DNA of 64,000 nucleotides from Chromatiales bacterium (GCA_003251535.1 QKFD01000024.1:97837-161836); one strand, 5' to 3'. Counted from the first letter of the stretch, positions 18,882 to 30,579 are shown. Notes: generated by a model not told the origin, from the sequence alone. Made by a program: numbers and translations.

Positions 18882-19589
18882 TCATTGCTCACTGTTGCCA
18901 CGTCCCCATGCCGCAAGCACCCTCTCCCGCAACCGATTCAAGCGCCCGTGAAAGAAGTGATCGGCATCGGCTAACCACTCATAACGCGGCCTCGGCCACT
19001 GCCGATGCACCCAGGCGGAGACCGCCTCGGGGGCCGTTACCTCATCTTTTCCCCCCTGTATCACCATCCAACTCCCCTCCGGTCCTTTGAGATTGGAGAA
19101 ATCAAACATTGAGACGGGCGGGGCAACCAGGAGCAACCGTTCGATCTGCAACTGCTGCGCGGCCTGCAATGCGACGAACGATCCAAAGGAGAAGCCAGCA
19201 AGCCACAACGGCGCCAGTGGATGGCGGCTACGCACCCAGCGCACCACGGCCAGCAGGTCTGCCGTCTCCCCCAACCCGTTATCGAAGCGCCCACCCGAGC
19301 GCCCCACACCCCGGAAGTTAAAGGTGACACTGAGCAGTCCTAGCTCATTGAAGGTGTTGGCCAGGATATGGACAACCTTATTGTTCAGGCTACCGCCATA
19401 GAGGGGATGGGGGTGACAAATGACAGCAATGGGACTCTCCCCCTGATAACACTGGGGGCAGGAGGTCAACAGCTGGAGTTGCCCGGCAGGTCCCTCGATC
19501 AGCAGCTCCTCCCCGGTACAGCTCTCCTCTTCCAGTCCGTCGTAGAGGTGGTGGTCATGCAGTGCAGAGAAGTAGATATCATCAGGCAT
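18882..19589 (-). CDS. Alpha/beta-fold hydrolase (esterase-like)
   Basis: Start chosen at MPDDIYFSAL (GGAG Shine-Dalgarno 8 nt upstream). Nucleophile-elbow-like GFSFGS motif. Overlaps the upstream ferredoxin gene by 8 nt. Confidence 0.55.
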   Translation of the reverse strand: MPDDIYFSALHDHHLYDGLEEESCTGEELLIEGPAGQLQLLTSCPQCYQGESPIAVICHPHPLYGGSLNNKVVHILANTFNELGLLSVTFNFRGVGRSGGRFDNGLGETADLLAVVRWVRSRHPLAPLWLAGFSFGSFVALQAAQQLQIERLLLVAPPVSMFDFSNLKGPEGSWMVIQGGKDEVTAPEAVSAWVHRQWPRPRYEWLADADHFFHGRLNRLRERVLAAWGRGNSEQ

Positions 19590-19911
19590 CGCACTGGGGC
19601 TCCTCAGTGAGCCGTAATCGCTCCACAGAGCGACCCGCCTGGAGGTGCTCGCGGATGATCTCGTCGATATCCTCACGCGAACTGTAGGTGTACCAGATCC
19701 CCTCAGGGTAGATAACGATCACGGGCCCCTCCCCACACCGCCCAAGGCACCCCGCAGTGTTGATGCGGATCCCACCAGGGCCAGCAAGCCCAAGCGCCTT
19801 GATCTGCGCCTTGGCGTAGTCGCGTAGGGCTGAGGCGCCAAACGCCTCGCAACAACCACGCCCGATACGCTGGTTGGTACAAAAGAAGAGGTGATACTTG
19901 TAGTCTGTCAT
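19582..19911 (-). CDS. Thioredoxin-like [2Fe-2S] ferredoxin
   Basis: 109 aa with the Cys pattern C11...CC...C...C (FFCTNQRIGRGCCEAFG...AGCLGRCGEGP) typical of thioredoxin-like 2Fe-2S ferredoxins. Confidence 0.6.
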   Translation of the reverse strand: MTDYKYHLFFCTNQRIGRGCCEAFGASALRDYAKAQIKALGLAGPGGIRINTAGCLGRCGEGPVIVIYPEGIWYTYSSREDIDEIIREHLQAGRSVERLRLTEEPQCDA

Positions 19912-19998
19912 TGCTCCCTACTCCGGACCGGGCGGCGCAGATCCGCTAGAATCGCACCACTTTCCCACCATTCTGTTTGGCTATTGTAAACCACCGCC

Positions 19999-21210
19999 TT
20001 GACCCGCCCCTTGGATATCCGCCAACGCATTCTCACCATCGCCGACCGCTGTGTGCTTTGCGGTATGTGCCTACCCCACTGTCCCACCTATCGCCTGGCC
20101 CAGGAGGAGACAGAGTCGCCCCGCGGCCGCATCTCACTCGCCCAGGCACTCGCGGCGGATCGCCTACCGGCCTCTGCGGGCCTCGCCAATCATCTGGATC
20201 ACTGTCTGGGCTGCCGGGCCTGTGAAGCGGTCTGTCCGTCAAAGGTGGCCTATGGCACGCTCTTGCGCGATAGCCGAGAGCTACTCGCCCAACAGCGCCC
20301 TCCCGGACTACCTGCCCGCCTCGCTCGACAGGCGTTGACCACCAAAGGTGGGGGCCGCCTACTCACCGCAGCCGTAGCCCTCCAACGCCACCTCCATCCC
20401 ATCAAGGCGGGGAGCACCGGCCTCGTGGCGCGGGCTGCGGCACGCCTACCAGCCGCGGCACCATCCACTGCCCTACCGAGACAACTCCCCGCCATCGGTC
20501 CACAACGCGGGCGGGTCACCCTGTTTGTGGGCTGTACGGGGAGGTTATTTGACCGCCAGACCCTCGCCGCTGCCCTTCAGCTACTGCCACTTGCCGGCCT
20601 TGAGCTGATCATTCCCCCAGGACAAGGCTGCTGCGGGGCACTGCATACCCATGCTGGGGAGGGGGAGCGGGCCCGACAGCTGGCAGCGACTAACCTACAG
20701 GCCTTTGCCGACCCAGGCGATGCGATTGTCGCCATAACCAGCGGCTGCGCCGCTACCTTATCCGATTACGAGGAGATGACCGGTCAGGCGTTATCCGCCC
20801 CAGTACGAGAACTCAGCGATCTACTGGCCGAACAGCTCCCAAAGGAGGGCCTACCACTCGCCCCCCTATCCAAGCGCATTGCCATCCACGAGCCGTGCAG
20901 CCAAACACGGGTGCTAAGACGCCCCGGTAGCGCACGGCGCCTACTGGAGCGCATCCCTGGAATCGAGCTATTCGAGCTGGCGAGCAATGAACTCTGCTGC
21001 GGGGCGTCGGGTAGCCATATGCTGACCCAGCCAGCCATCGCTGATGCCCTCGCTCAACCCAAGTTAGCGGAGCTGCACGAGCGGGGAGGAGAGCTTCTGG
21101 TGACCACCAACATCGGCTGTCTGCTCCATCTGAAGGCCAATCTAGGAGAGGCGTCCGGGGTTGAACTGCTTCACCCAGCGGCGCTGCTGGCACGTCAACT
21201 GCGCCCGTAG
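19999..21210 (+). CDS. Fe-S oxidoreductase with two 4Fe-4S motifs and two CCG domains (GlcF / HdrD-like)
   Basis: CVLCGMCLPHCP and CLGCRACEAVCP ferredoxin motifs followed by two CCG (Cys-rich) domains (GQGCCGA, NELCCGASG). 403 aa. Confidence 0.65.
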   Translation: MTRPLDIRQRILTIADRCVLCGMCLPHCPTYRLAQEETESPRGRISLAQALAADRLPASAGLANHLDHCLGCRACEAVCPSKVAYGTLLRDSRELLAQQRPPGLPARLARQALTTKGGGRLLTAAVALQRHLHPIKAGSTGLVARAAARLPAAAPSTALPRQLPAIGPQRGRVTLFVGCTGRLFDRQTLAAALQLLPLAGLELIIPPGQGCCGALHTHAGEGERARQLAATNLQAFADPGDAIVAITSGCAATLSDYEEMTGQALSAPVRELSDLLAEQLPKEGLPLAPLSKRIAIHEPCSQTRVLRRPGSARRLLERIPGIELFELASNELCCGASGSHMLTQPAIADALAQPKLAELHERGGELLVTTNIGCLLHLKANLGEASGVELLHPAALLARQLRP

Positions 21211-21321
21211 CGGCAAAGGTTCTGCCCCCCAGCAGTGGCAGCGCTCAGTGCCCTGGTTTGACCTTCCACCAGAGGCGAGGCGCGGTTATCCTCACCTTAT
21301 ATATATGCGAGGAGATCTCTG

Positions 21322-21966
21322 ATGTCGGCACGTGACTACACCCTGTTGGATCGGGCAATCCTGCACTTTGATACCGGGGTTCGTACTCTATTTGGCCGCC
21401 CCTTGCTCACCGAGCGCCCCAATCCGGCCAACCGCTGTGATGAGGCAGAGCTATCGGAGGGCGAACGTGACCTGGCCATCCGCCTGATGCGTATCAACCA
21501 TGCGGGCGAGGTATCTGCCCAGGGACTCTATGAAGGCCAGGCGCTCACCGCCCGCCTGCCTGAGGTACGCGACAAAATGGAGCGCGCCGCCCTAGAGGAG
21601 AACGACCACCTGGAATGGTGCGAACGGCGCGCAGTGGAGTTGGGTGGACGAGTGAGCTACCTCAATCCACTGTGGTATGGGGGCTCACTGGCCATCGGCG
21701 CCCTCGCCGGGGCCATCGGCGACCGCTGGAGCCTCGGCTTCGTAGTAGAGACAGAGCACCAGGTGGTGCGCCATCTGGACGAGCATCTTGCCCAGCTACC
21801 TGCCCAGGACCAGCGCAGCCGCGCCGTCCTGGCGCAGATGAAGGAGGATGAGGCCCACCACGCCACCGTTGCCCTGCACGCAGGGGGGAGCCCCCTGCCA
21901 GAGCCGGTCAAGAAGGTGATGCAGCTCACCTCCAAAATCATGACCCGTACAGCCTACTGGCTATAA
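21322..21966 (+). CDS. coq7: Demethoxyubiquinone hydroxylase (di-iron carboxylate), Coq7
   Basis: 214 aa with paired EXXH di-iron motifs (INHAGEVSAQ, EENDHLEW, ETEHQVVRHL, EDEAHH). Confidence 0.85.
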   Translation: MSARDYTLLDRAILHFDTGVRTLFGRPLLTERPNPANRCDEAELSEGERDLAIRLMRINHAGEVSAQGLYEGQALTARLPEVRDKMERAALEENDHLEWCERRAVELGGRVSYLNPLWYGGSLAIGALAGAIGDRWSLGFVVETEHQVVRHLDEHLAQLPAQDQRSRAVLAQMKEDEAHHATVALHAGGSPLPEPVKKVMQLTSKIMTRTAYWL

Positions 21967-22021
21967 GCGCCCCTGGCCCCAAGCGCCCTGCCGGGCGCCT
22001 GGGGGTGACCGAGTAGCCGGC

Positions 22022-22861
22022 TCACTTCCCGCCCGGCATCTTGGTGAGGTTACGGCCGTAGAAGATCTCCAGCATCTCCCGCTGGAGCTGGCGGCGGATC
22101 TTCTTCTTCTCACCCGGAGTTAGCTCCTTTTTCTTCACGCCAAACAGATAGTTATCCAGATCGAGATCCTTCAACATCATCTTGGTGTGGAAGATATTCT
22201 CCTGATAGACGTTGACGTCAATCATCTGATACCGCTCCTTGGTATCGGGCGAGAGGTAGTTCTGAATCGAGTTGATGCGGTGGTCGATAAAGTGCTTACG
22301 TCCCCCCACATCGCGGGTGAAACCACGGACCCGATAGTCCATGGTCACGATGTCGGACTCCAGGCTATGAATCAGGTAGTTCAACGCCTTGAGCGGTGAG
22401 ATGCGGCCACAGGTGGAGACGTCTATATCGGCCCGGAAGGTACTGATGCCATTGTGTGGATGGCTCTCCGGGTAGGTATGGACCGTGATGTGGCTTTTAT
22501 CGAGGTGGGCCACCACAGAGTCCGGTAGAGGACCGGGTGCCTCCGTGTTGGATAGCTCCTGGGAAACCACCGGCTCCTCGGAGATGAGCATGGTGACGCT
22601 CGCCCCCTGCGGCTCGTAGTCCTGACGGGCAATGTTGAGGATGTTAGCGCCAATGATGTTGGCAACATCGGTGAGAATATTGGTCAGGCGCTCGGCGTTA
22701 TACTCCTCATCGATATACTCGATGTAGGCCCGCTGTTCTTCATCTGTCTGCGCAAAGCAGATGTCGTAGATGTTGAAACTCAGTGTTTTGGTCAGGTTAT
22801 TGAAACCATGCAGCTTGAGCTTCGTCGGCTTGACCTTAATCACCGCAGGAACACCTCCCAT
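22022..22861 (-). CDS. speD: S-adenosylmethionine decarboxylase proenzyme (class 1B, E. coli type)
   Basis: [24 protein letters not shown] near the N-terminus and [12 protein letters not shown] around the processing site. 279 aa. Confidence 0.85.
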   Translation of the reverse strand: MGGVPAVIKVKPTKLKLHGFNNLTKTLSFNIYDICFAQTDEEQRAYIEYIDEEYNAERLTNILTDVANIIGANILNIARQDYEPQGASVTMLISEEPVVSQELSNTEAPGPLPDSVVAHLDKSHITVHTYPESHPHNGISTFRADIDVSTCGRISPLKALNYLIHSLESDIVTMDYRVRGFTRDVGGRKHFIDHRINSIQNYLSPDTKERYQMIDVNVYQENIFHTKMMLKDLDLDNYLFGVKKKELTPGEKKKIRRQLQREMLEIFYGRNLTKMPGGK

Positions 22862-23029
22862 TCAGCCCGTCACCGGGTAGACAATAGACAATGCCCCGGG
22901 TAGGTCTTGACCCCCCGGGGCTCATGCGCGCGCTATTATCCACGATTTCCGTGTAGGTGCTAGTGTGCTGTTAGGCGCTTGCCGGCTATTCCAAGGAGAA
23001 GGGCGCAGAGCAAGCCGCTGGCAAGCGAT

Positions 23030-23461
23030 TTATGGTGCCTCTGGCGCCTCGTCCACCACCTCGAAATCGTGGGTGATGGAGGCCACTTTGCCGAGCATGA
23101 TCGAGGCGGAGCAGTACTTCTCGGCAGAGAGTTCCACTGCCCGTGCCACTTGTGCCTCCTTGAGCCCTCGCCCCTTGACGATGAAGTGGACATGGATTTG
23201 GGTGAAGACCTTCGGGACGCTCTCGGCCCGTTCCGCCGCCAGCTCCACAATGCAGTCAGAGACCGGCTGGCGCTGCTTCTTCAAGATACTCACGACATCA
23301 AAGGCGGTGCATCCCCCCATGCCCAACAGCAGCATCTCCATGGGGCGTGGCCCGAGATCGCGTCCGCCATGTTCCGGTGCGCCGTCCATCACCAGGGCAT
23401 GACCACTACCCGATTCGCCGACGAAGGTCGCCTGTTCTACCCACTTCACCCGTGCTTTCAT
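23030..23461 (-). CDS. osmC: OsmC/Ohr family peroxiredoxin
   Basis: 143 aa with the two conserved Cys (GMGGCTAFD...EKYCSAS). Confidence 0.85.
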   Translation of the reverse strand: MKARVKWVEQATFVGESGSGHALVMDGAPEHGGRDLGPRPMEMLLLGMGGCTAFDVVSILKKQRQPVSDCIVELAAERAESVPKVFTQIHVHFIVKGRGLKEAQVARAVELSAEKYCSASIMLGKVASITHDFEVVDEAPEAP

Positions 23462-23595
23462 CCCACCTCCCGCTCATAAGACCGCGCCGTTCCGCGGAGC
23501 ACCAATTCTGAGCACATTGCTTGCTTACCATGCAATGCACTGATATACGTATTAGCCATTGTGATCCTGATCTCTTTATTAAAGGGAATCCGTGC

Positions 23596-24222
23596 GTGCT
23601 GCGAGATACCGGTAACCCATCCATCGATCGTTTCCTAGAACACTGCCACCGGCGCAAGTACCCGGCGAAGAGCACCATTATCTGCGCGGGCGACAAGCCG
23701 GACGTCCTCTACTACATCATCAAAGGCTCGGTCGCGGTGCTCATCGAGGATGAGGAGGGGCGGGAGATCGTCCTGGCCTATCTCAACGCTGGCGACTTCT
23801 TTGGTGAAATGGGGCTGTTTGATGACAAACAGTCACGCTCGGCCTGGGTGCGCGCCCGCACCGAGTGCGAGCTGGCTGAGATCAGCTACACCCGCTTCCG
23901 GCAGCTCGCAGAGCAAGATAGCGACATCATCTTCGCCCTGGCCGGGCAGATGGCGGTGCGCCTGCGCAACACCAGCCGCAAAGTGGGTGACCTCGCCTTC
24001 CTCGATGTCACCGGCCGCATCGCCCGTATCCTGCTTGACCTGACCAAGCAGCCCGACGCCATGACCCACCCCGACGGGATGCAGGTGCGCATCACCCGCC
24101 AAGAGTTGGGACGCATCGCCGGCTGTTCCCGTGAGATGGCCGGACGAGTGCTGAAGACCCTGGAAGAGCAGGGCCTCATCACGGCCCACGGCAAGACCAT
24201 CGTAGTCTTCGGTACCCGCTAA
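23596..24222 (+). CDS. crp: cAMP receptor protein / Vfr-type Crp-Fnr family global regulator
   Basis: Near-colinear with E. coli CRP across the protein, including [64 protein letters not shown] and [15 protein letters not shown] start at 23596 with AAGGGA Shine-Dalgarno gives 209 aa. The longer ORF begins at 23521. Confidence 0.85.
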   Translation: MLRDTGNPSIDRFLEHCHRRKYPAKSTIICAGDKPDVLYYIIKGSVAVLIEDEEGREIVLAYLNAGDFFGEMGLFDDKQSRSAWVRARTECELAEISYTRFRQLAEQDSDIIFALAGQMAVRLRNTSRKVGDLAFLDVTGRIARILLDLTKQPDAMTHPDGMQVRITRQELGRIAGCSREMAGRVLKTLEEQGLITAHGKTIVVFGTR

Positions 24223-24259
24223 AGTGGGTCAGCGCATCCGCTGCGCCTGCCCCCCTCGC

Positions 24260-25066
24260 TCATAACCCGTCGAACAGCGCCGCCAGGGCCGTACCTGGAT
24301 CAGGGGCCCGCATAAACGCCTCCCCCACCAGGAAGGCGCTCACTCCGTTGTGGCGCATAAGCGCCACATCATCGCGGCTGAGGATACCGCTCTCGGTCAC
24401 CACCAGGCAGTCCGACGGGACCCTAGGCAGCAACCCCAAGGTGGTATCGAGGCTGACGGCGAAGCTACGTAGGTCGCGATTGTTGATGCCCACCATCGCC
24501 AGATCCAACGCCAGCGCACGCTCCAGCTCGGCCCCATCATGCACCTCCACCAGCACGTCCATGCCCAGTGCCCGTGCCGTCTGGTAAAGCTCCACCATCT
24601 GGCCCTGTGCAAGGGCCGCCACGATGAGCAGGATACAATCGGCCCCCAGCGCCCGCGCCTCAAACACCTGATAGGGCTCGATGATGAACTCTTTACGCAA
24701 CACCGGCAGGGGGCAGGCGGCGCGCGCCTCTAGCAGATACTGGTCAGCCCCTTGGAAGAAATCGACATCGGTCAACACCGATAGGCAGCTTGCGCCCGCA
24801 CTGGCGTAGCTAGCGGCGATCTCCGCGGGTACAAACTGTTCGCGGATCACCCCCTTGCTCGGCGACGCCTTCTTCACCTCGGCGATCACCGCCGGGCGGC
24901 CGGCGGCGATGGAGGAGTTGAGGGCTGCGACGAACCCGCGCGGTGCCGAGGGGTGTCCCTCGGCCCGCTGTCGCATCTCTGCCAATGGCACCGCGGAGGC
25001 GCGTTCAGCTATCTCCTCCGCCTTACGGGCCAGGATGCGTTTGAGAATATCTGGCGTATCGCTCAC
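24260..25066 (-). CDS. trpC: Indole-3-glycerol phosphate synthase
   Basis: 268 aa with [15 protein letters not shown]...GA.C.SVLTD core motifs. Overlaps trpD by 4 nt. Confidence 0.9.
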   Translation of the reverse strand: MSDTPDILKRILARKAEEIAERASAVPLAEMRQRAEGHPSAPRGFVAALNSSIAAGRPAVIAEVKKASPSKGVIREQFVPAEIAASYASAGASCLSVLTDVDFFQGADQYLLEARAACPLPVLRKEFIIEPYQVFEARALGADCILLIVAALAQGQMVELYQTARALGMDVLVEVHDGAELERALALDLAMVGINNRDLRSFAVSLDTTLGLLPRVPSDCLVVTESGILSRDDVALMRHNGVSAFLVGEAFMRAPDPGTALAALFDGL

Positions 25067-26097
25067 GCCCCCTCCTCTCTCTTCAAGCGATTGGATAGCT
25101 CCACCAAGGCAGCCAACTTTGCCTGCGCCGCGCCACTGGCGATCACCTCGCGGGCGCGCTCGATCCCCTCTGCCAGACTGGCCGCCACGTCGGCGGCATA
25201 AATGGCGGCCCCCGCGTTCAGCAAGACAATATCCAGCGCCGCGCCCGGTTCATTGGCCAATACGCGATTAAAGAGTTCGAGTGACTCCTCGCAGCTCTGG
25301 ACGGCCAAAGAGGCCAGCGCCCCGCGCACCAAGCCAAACTGCTCCGGGGTGATCTCATAACAGCTCACCTCCCCCCCCTTCAGCTCTGCCACTTGGGTAG
25401 GGGCGGCAATGGAGATCTCATCCAGGCCATCAGCGGCGTGGACAACCAACACATGGTGGCTGCCGAGCGCCCGCAGCACCTGGGCCACAGGCTCCACCCA
25501 CTGCCCAGAGAAGACGCCAACCACCTGGTTGGGGGCCCCGGCGGGGTTGGTGAGCGGACCGAGTAGGTTGAAGAGGGTACGGACCCCCATCTCCCGCCGT
25601 GGCCCAATGGCGTGTTTCATGGCGCCGTGGTAGTGGGGCGCAAACATGAAACCGACCCCCACCTCTTCAATACAGCGGGCCACCTGGGCCGGCGAGAGGC
25701 TGAGCTGGACCCCGGCGGCCTCCAGCAGATCGGCCGAGCCGGAACGGCTCGATACCGAGCGGTTGCCATGTTTGGCCACCTGCGCCCCCGCGGCAGCGGT
25801 GACAAAGGCGACGGTGGTAGAGATGTTGAAGGTGTGGGCGCCATCGCCCCCCGTGCCACAGGTGTCCACCAAGTGCTCGCCGCGGATCTCCACCGGCGTG
25901 GCCAGCTGGCGCATCACCTGGGCAGCGGCGGTGATCTCCGTGACAGTCTCCCCTTTCATGCGCAGACCGACCAGGAAGCCACCAATCTGGGCCGCCGTCG
26001 CCTCCCCACTCATGATGGTGTGCATCACCTCAGTCATCTCGGCACTGGAGAGATCACGTCGCTCCGTGACCGCCCGTAGTGCTGCTTGCATATCCAT
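25063..26097 (-). CDS. trpD: Anthranilate phosphoribosyltransferase
   Basis: 344 aa with the [24 protein letters not shown] motif. Confidence 0.9.
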   Translation of the reverse strand: MDMQAALRAVTERRDLSSAEMTEVMHTIMSGEATAAQIGGFLVGLRMKGETVTEITAAAQVMRQLATPVEIRGEHLVDTCGTGGDGAHTFNISTTVAFVTAAAGAQVAKHGNRSVSSRSGSADLLEAAGVQLSLSPAQVARCIEEVGVGFMFAPHYHGAMKHAIGPRREMGVRTLFNLLGPLTNPAGAPNQVVGVFSGQWVEPVAQVLRALGSHHVLVVHAADGLDEISIAAPTQVAELKGGEVSCYEITPEQFGLVRGALASLAVQSCEESLELFNRVLANEPGAALDIVLLNAGAAIYAADVAASLAEGIERAREVIASGAAQAKLAALVELSNRLKREEGA

Positions 26098-26154
26098 GGA
26101 GAGCGCTCCAACAACTAAAAGGTCATGAATTCTCCCGGTGGAGACGGGCCGGGG

Positions 26155-27390
26155 TCAACCTGTAGCACGTCCCATGGAGCTGCGCCCCACCACCAGCCAC
26201 AGGGCGATCCCCGCCAACATGAACCCCCCCTGGCCCCAGGCCAACCCGGTGAGCGACTGCGCCAACCAGGCCACGGCCAAGGCGGTCACCAGGGCGTTGG
26301 TGGCCGTCTGGGCGAAGGTCTGCACCGCCGAGGCGGTACCGCGGTGGGTTGGGAAGTGTTCTAGCGACAGTAGCGTCAGACTCGGCATGGCGATGGACAT
26401 GCCGCAGGTGTAGACCACCACCGGCCCAATCACGGTGACGGCAGCGGCAGGCAGCAGGTAGGCCTGTAGCAAATTGAGGACCCACCCCAGCGCCATGATG
26501 GCGTAGCCCAGCACCACCTGCTGGGGTGGCAGCAGGCGACCCGCCAACCGCCCAGAGACCATCGCCCCCGCCATTAGGCCGACCACAACCGGCAGAAAGA
26601 GGCGAGCAAAGTCATCGGCACCATAACCGAGGTGGCGGTAGAGCAGCTCGGGGGAGGCCGCGACAAACAGGAAGAAGCCGGCAAAATTGAGGGCGATGGA
26701 GCTGATAAGCGCCATGAAGTGGCCAGAGCGCACCACCCGACCATAGGTGCGCGCCACCGCTAAGGGGTGGATGGTCTGGCGGCCAGCGGCCGGCAAGGTC
26801 TCCGGCAGACGAATCCAGATGAGCAGCAGTAGCAGCAGGCCGAGCACCACCAGAAAGGCAAACACCGCCCGCCACCCCCACCACTCCTGTAGGTAGCCGC
26901 CGATGACCGGGGCGATGGCCGGCGCCAAGGCAAAGAGCATCATCACCTGGGCCATCACCCGCTGCGCCTCGGCCCCGCTGAAGGCATCCCGCACCATCGC
27001 CCGGCCGATGACGATGCCAGCGCTAGCGGAGATCCCCTGGCCGATACGCCCAACATAGAGCATCTCCATACTCTGGGCCGAGAAGCAGATAAGGGAGGAG
27101 AGGATGTAGATCACCAATCCCCCCAACGCCACCGGCCGGCGTCCAAAGCGATCGGCCAGGGGGCCGTGGATCAAGGTGGTGATGGCAAAGCCAGAGAGAT
27201 AGAGGCTGAGGGTGAGCTGGAGGGCGTGGGTGTCGCCCCCCAACTCCGCCCCGATCTCCGGGAAGGAGGGGAGATAGGTATCGATGCTAAAGGGTGCCAG
27301 GGTTGCCAGCAGGGCCACGATCCCCGCTATGCGCAGACCGTGCCGGCGGCCATGTGCTCGCTGTGTAGCCACCTCAGTCGCGGCGCCCAC
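26155..27390 (-). CDS. MFS transporter, Bcr/CflA-like multidrug efflux family
   Basis: 411 aa with twelve hydrophobic segments and MFS motifs ([26 protein letters not shown]). It is embedded between trpG and trpD and overlaps the trpG stop. Confidence 0.7.
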   Translation of the reverse strand: MGAATEVATQRAHGRRHGLRIAGIVALLATLAPFSIDTYLPSFPEIGAELGGDTHALQLTLSLYLSGFAITTLIHGPLADRFGRRPVALGGLVIYILSSLICFSAQSMEMLYVGRIGQGISASAGIVIGRAMVRDAFSGAEAQRVMAQVMMLFALAPAIAPVIGGYLQEWWGWRAVFAFLVVLGLLLLLLIWIRLPETLPAAGRQTIHPLAVARTYGRVVRSGHFMALISSIALNFAGFFLFVAASPELLYRHLGYGADDFARLFLPVVVGLMAGAMVSGRLAGRLLPPQQVVLGYAIMALGWVLNLLQAYLLPAAAVTVIGPVVVYTCGMSIAMPSLTLLSLEHFPTHRGTASAVQTFAQTATNALVTALAVAWLAQSLTGLAWGQGGFMLAGIALWLVVGRSSMGRATG

Positions 27391-27970
27391 CCTGCTGCCG
27401 CAGGAAGTTGGCTAGCATGGCGTGGCCGTTGCGCGTCAGGATGGATTCGGGATGGAACTGCACCCCCTCCACCAGATAGTCACGGTGGCGCAGCCCCATG
27501 ATCTCATCCAGTGAACCGTCACCCTGGGCGGTCCAAGCGGTGATCTCCAGACACTCCGGCAGGCTCTCCCGCTCCACCACCAGCGAGTGGTAACGGGTCG
27601 CCTCAAACGGACTCGGTAGACCAGCGAAGACCCCGAGCCCCTGGTGGTGGATGGGAGAGGTCTTGCCATGCATCACCTCCCGGGCGTGCACCACCTTGCC
27701 CCCAAAGGCCTGACCAAGGGACTGGTGACCCAGGCAGACCCCCAAGATCGGCATCACACCGGCAAAACGCTCGATGGCGGCCAGGGAGATCCCCGCCTCG
27801 GTGGGGGTACAAGGCCCAGGCGAGATCATCAAGTGATCCGGTGCCAGCTGTGCGATCTCCTCGACGGTGATCTGGTCGTTGCGATACACCGTAACCTCCG
27901 CCCCCAGCTCCCCGAGATACTGGACGAGGTTGTAGGTGAAGGAGTCGTAATTGTCGATCATCAGCAGCAT
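27374..27970 (-). CDS. trpG: Anthranilate synthase component II / glutamine amidotransferase
   Basis: [27 protein letters not shown]-terminus with a class-I GATase Cys-His catalytic pattern (GVCLGHQ). 198 aa. Confidence 0.85.
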   Translation of the reverse strand: MLLMIDNYDSFTYNLVQYLGELGAEVTVYRNDQITVEEIAQLAPDHLMISPGPCTPTEAGISLAAIERFAGVMPILGVCLGHQSLGQAFGGKVVHAREVMHGKTSPIHHQGLGVFAGLPSPFEATRYHSLVVERESLPECLEITAWTAQGDGSLDEIMGLRHRDYLVEGVQFHPESILTRNGHAMLANFLRQQGGRRD

Positions 27971-28259
27971 ATGTGCCGTCCCTTTTACGATTATCTAGGG
28001 GGTGAAACCCTATGCAGCGTGTTGATACTCGGACCGCGAGTGACGGTTTAACCCGTGGGCGATCCGCGCATGTGGAAGGGTATCCATTGTCGCTAAGCAA
28101 AGCGGAGAAAGGAAGGCGGAATCGACCATGACCGCCCCGCCCTATCCCCCCATCCCCGACAAACTTCGATAACACCGCCCAGGAGGGCGCCGCCACTTTT
28201 CCAACGCCGAACCCGCTATTCTGAGTGGGTGGCCATCTGGCCCCCACGGAACTCGACCC

Positions 28260-28808
28260 ATGCTGCGAATCTTGCGCGCCCTTCTGCTACTACTCCCCCT
28301 CACCAGCTACGCCGCCCCCCCGACCACCGTCGCCGAGGCCACCGATCAGCTGGTGGGGCTACTGCTGGATGGCGCCGCGGCGGAGTATCGAGCGGCGCGC
28401 CGGATCCATACTCCAGACCCGGCCAGCGGGGTTGCTTACGTCTTTTTCGCACTGGAGGGGTTTGGCGGTGGCAACAACTACGCCGCCTATCTCGCCCTAT
28501 TTACGCCAGAACCGTTACGCGAGAAGGGGGCCACAGCGACCGTCCGCTACCGTCTGCTGGGTTACGCCTGGGTAGGTGGCAAATTGTGGCGCGACGTCGA
28601 TTTCGATCGGCTCACGGTCGATGGCCAGCGCATCACCTTGCAGACCAAAGAGTACGCCAGCGATGACGGCTCCTGCTGTCCCTCCATCGCCGCCACGGCC
28701 ACCTATGTCCTGGACACCCAGCTGCACGAGGTAACCGACGCCCAGGCAGAGGCTAAACCGCCAGCGATAGCCTCCCCACCGACGCACTCCCCCGCTGACC
28801 ATCAATGA
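28260..28808 (+). CDS. Hypothetical secreted protein
   Basis: 182 aa with an N-terminal signal peptide (MLRILRALLLLLPLTSYAAP). No recognisable domain. Codon usage is typical for this genome. Confidence 0.4.
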   Translation: MLRILRALLLLLPLTSYAAPPTTVAEATDQLVGLLLDGAAAEYRAARRIHTPDPASGVAYVFFALEGFGGGNNYAAYLALFTPEPLREKGATATVRYRLLGYAWVGGKLWRDVDFDRLTVDGQRITLQTKEYASDDGSCCPSIAATATYVLDTQLHEVTDAQAEAKPPAIASPPTHSPADHQ

Positions 28809-28881
28809 AACGGAGCCCCCCTCTCGCCACCCCTCCACCGCCTTGCCGGAACCTGGTAAAAGCGCCAAAAGTCGCTGGCAA

Positions 28882-30579
28882 TCATGCGCTATCGCTAGCC
28901 ACATGCACCGTCAACTGATCAAACGGCACCACCCAACCGTGGGCGTTGCACGCCTCCACCGCCACCCGTTGCAGAAAGCGGCGGGCGCTGAAGTACTTGT
29001 CCGCCGCACTGCCATGCATACTCACCACGATGATGAAATCCAGTGATGAGGGCCCAGCACCGTTGAACTCCACCATGATGTCAGAGACATGGGTATGCAG
29101 GGTGGGATGGGCCGCTAGCCGCTCCCGTACCGCCTGATCCAGTTCATCACGTACCCGACCGGTGATCTCTGGCTGGTGCATGTAGTCGAGGCCAAAGGTG
29201 ACTATCAGAGAGAAGCCCTCGGCGGAGAGATTGCGCGGGTTAAGGGCAAGGTAACTCTCCACGCTGAAGGTCTTGACCGACCCGACGACCTGCATCTGGA
29301 CCACCTCTGGGGTCTGGATCAGCACCTTGCCAAAGATGTCGCCATCTAAGATAACGTAGTCGCCCGTCCGGCTGGGGAACCAGGGTTCGCCCACGGCAAA
29401 GGGGCGGGAGTGGAGTTCGCCCAGCTCCATCAAGGAGAGACGAAAGGTGGCATTTAGCGCTGGATTGTAGAGGGTGGAGAAGACCCCAAGATTGGTGATC
29501 TCCCAAGGGATGCCACGATAGACCACCCGTTCACCATCTCGCACCGGCCCCATGTTGAGCAGGATCCGCGCCTCCATCAGGTGGCGCGGCAGCGACTGGC
29601 GCAGGGTCCAGGCGGCGGCCAGCAGAAAGATGAGCAGCAGACCAAGATTGAGCCAGTCACCGCGGGTGTAGAGCACCATCATCGCCGCCAGGACACTCAT
29701 CGTGAGGGTCAAGGTATCCGCCACCACCAGCACCACCCGCGGCCAGAAGCGGCTACGCAGCTTCTGGTGGTGGAGCAGCGTGCGTCGCAGCGAACGGACG
29801 GAGAGATAGAAGGCGAGATAGGTCAAGCCGAAGGCGCCGGCCCCCAAGAGCATGTTGATCCCACGCTCATGCAGGAACTCAGCGATGGCCGACCCCAGCT
29901 GACCGGAGATCCGCTTATCGGGATTGACCAGCTCATCCAGCTGGAGATTGACCAGGGTGAGTTTGGATTGGGTATCGTCACGCCGCTGGCGCCACTCCTC
30001 CTCCAGAGACCCCAGCTCCTTTTTCACCGCGTTATTGTCTACGCTTTTCTTCTGTTCACCGATCTTGGCCAGCGCCTGCTCCGCCACCGCTTGGCGCGAC
30101 TGTAGGTACTTCTGCTCGCCCCGCAACCGCTCCACCAGGCGTGGATGCTCGGTGAGCTTCTTTAGCTCTAACAGGAGCGGCCGGACCACCTCCTCAAAAT
30201 CCTGGACCAGATTGAACTTGGTCTCGTTGGACTCATAGAAGAGGCGGGTATCGACCCCGCCGGTGGCCAGCTTCTCCAGGGAGAGACGCTGTTCACTGAG
30301 CCGCTTGTTAAGACGTTCTAGATCGGCGTTGAGGGAGTCGCGCTCCTGGTCCTCTTTGGCCCGACGCAGCGCCTGCCGGACCCCGCTCAGCTCCTGTTTG
30401 GTGCTGGTGATGGCGTCCACCAGATCGGCCAACTGGGTGGGGAGATCGCGCGGCGCCGACTCCACCGGCGGCGGCTGGGTCTGCTCCTGCTCCGCCGCCT
30501 GCTCCTGCGCCGCAGCGGGCAACATCAGCAGCAACAGTAGGGTCACGAGCAGAGAGCGCCAGGGAGGGATTGTAGTCAT
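28882..30579 (-). CDS. Mechanosensitive ion channel, MscS/MscK-like family with long periplasmic coiled-coil N-terminal domain
   Basis: Start chosen at MTTIPPWRSLLVTLLLLLMLPAAA (AGGCAGG Shine-Dalgarno). It has a signal peptide, a long coiled-coil, multiple TM helices, then a C-terminal MscS beta domain (GDYVILDGDIFGKVLIQTPEVVQMQ). 565 aa. The ORF extends to 30699. Confidence 0.7.
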   Translation of the reverse strand: MTTIPPWRSLLVTLLLLLMLPAAAQEQAAEQEQTQPPPVESAPRDLPTQLADLVDAITSTKQELSGVRQALRRAKEDQERDSLNADLERLNKRLSEQRLSLEKLATGGVDTRLFYESNETKFNLVQDFEEVVRPLLLELKKLTEHPRLVERLRGEQKYLQSRQAVAEQALAKIGEQKKSVDNNAVKKELGSLEEEWRQRRDDTQSKLTLVNLQLDELVNPDKRISGQLGSAIAEFLHERGINMLLGAGAFGLTYLAFYLSVRSLRRTLLHHQKLRSRFWPRVVLVVADTLTLTMSVLAAMMVLYTRGDWLNLGLLLIFLLAAAWTLRQSLPRHLMEARILLNMGPVRDGERVVYRGIPWEITNLGVFSTLYNPALNATFRLSLMELGELHSRPFAVGEPWFPSRTGDYVILDGDIFGKVLIQTPEVVQMQVVGSVKTFSVESYLALNPRNLSAEGFSLIVTFGLDYMHQPEITGRVRDELDQAVRERLAAHPTLHTHVSDIMVEFNGAGPSSLDFIIVVSMHGSAADKYFSARRFLQRVAVEACNAHGWVVPFDQLTVHVASDSA

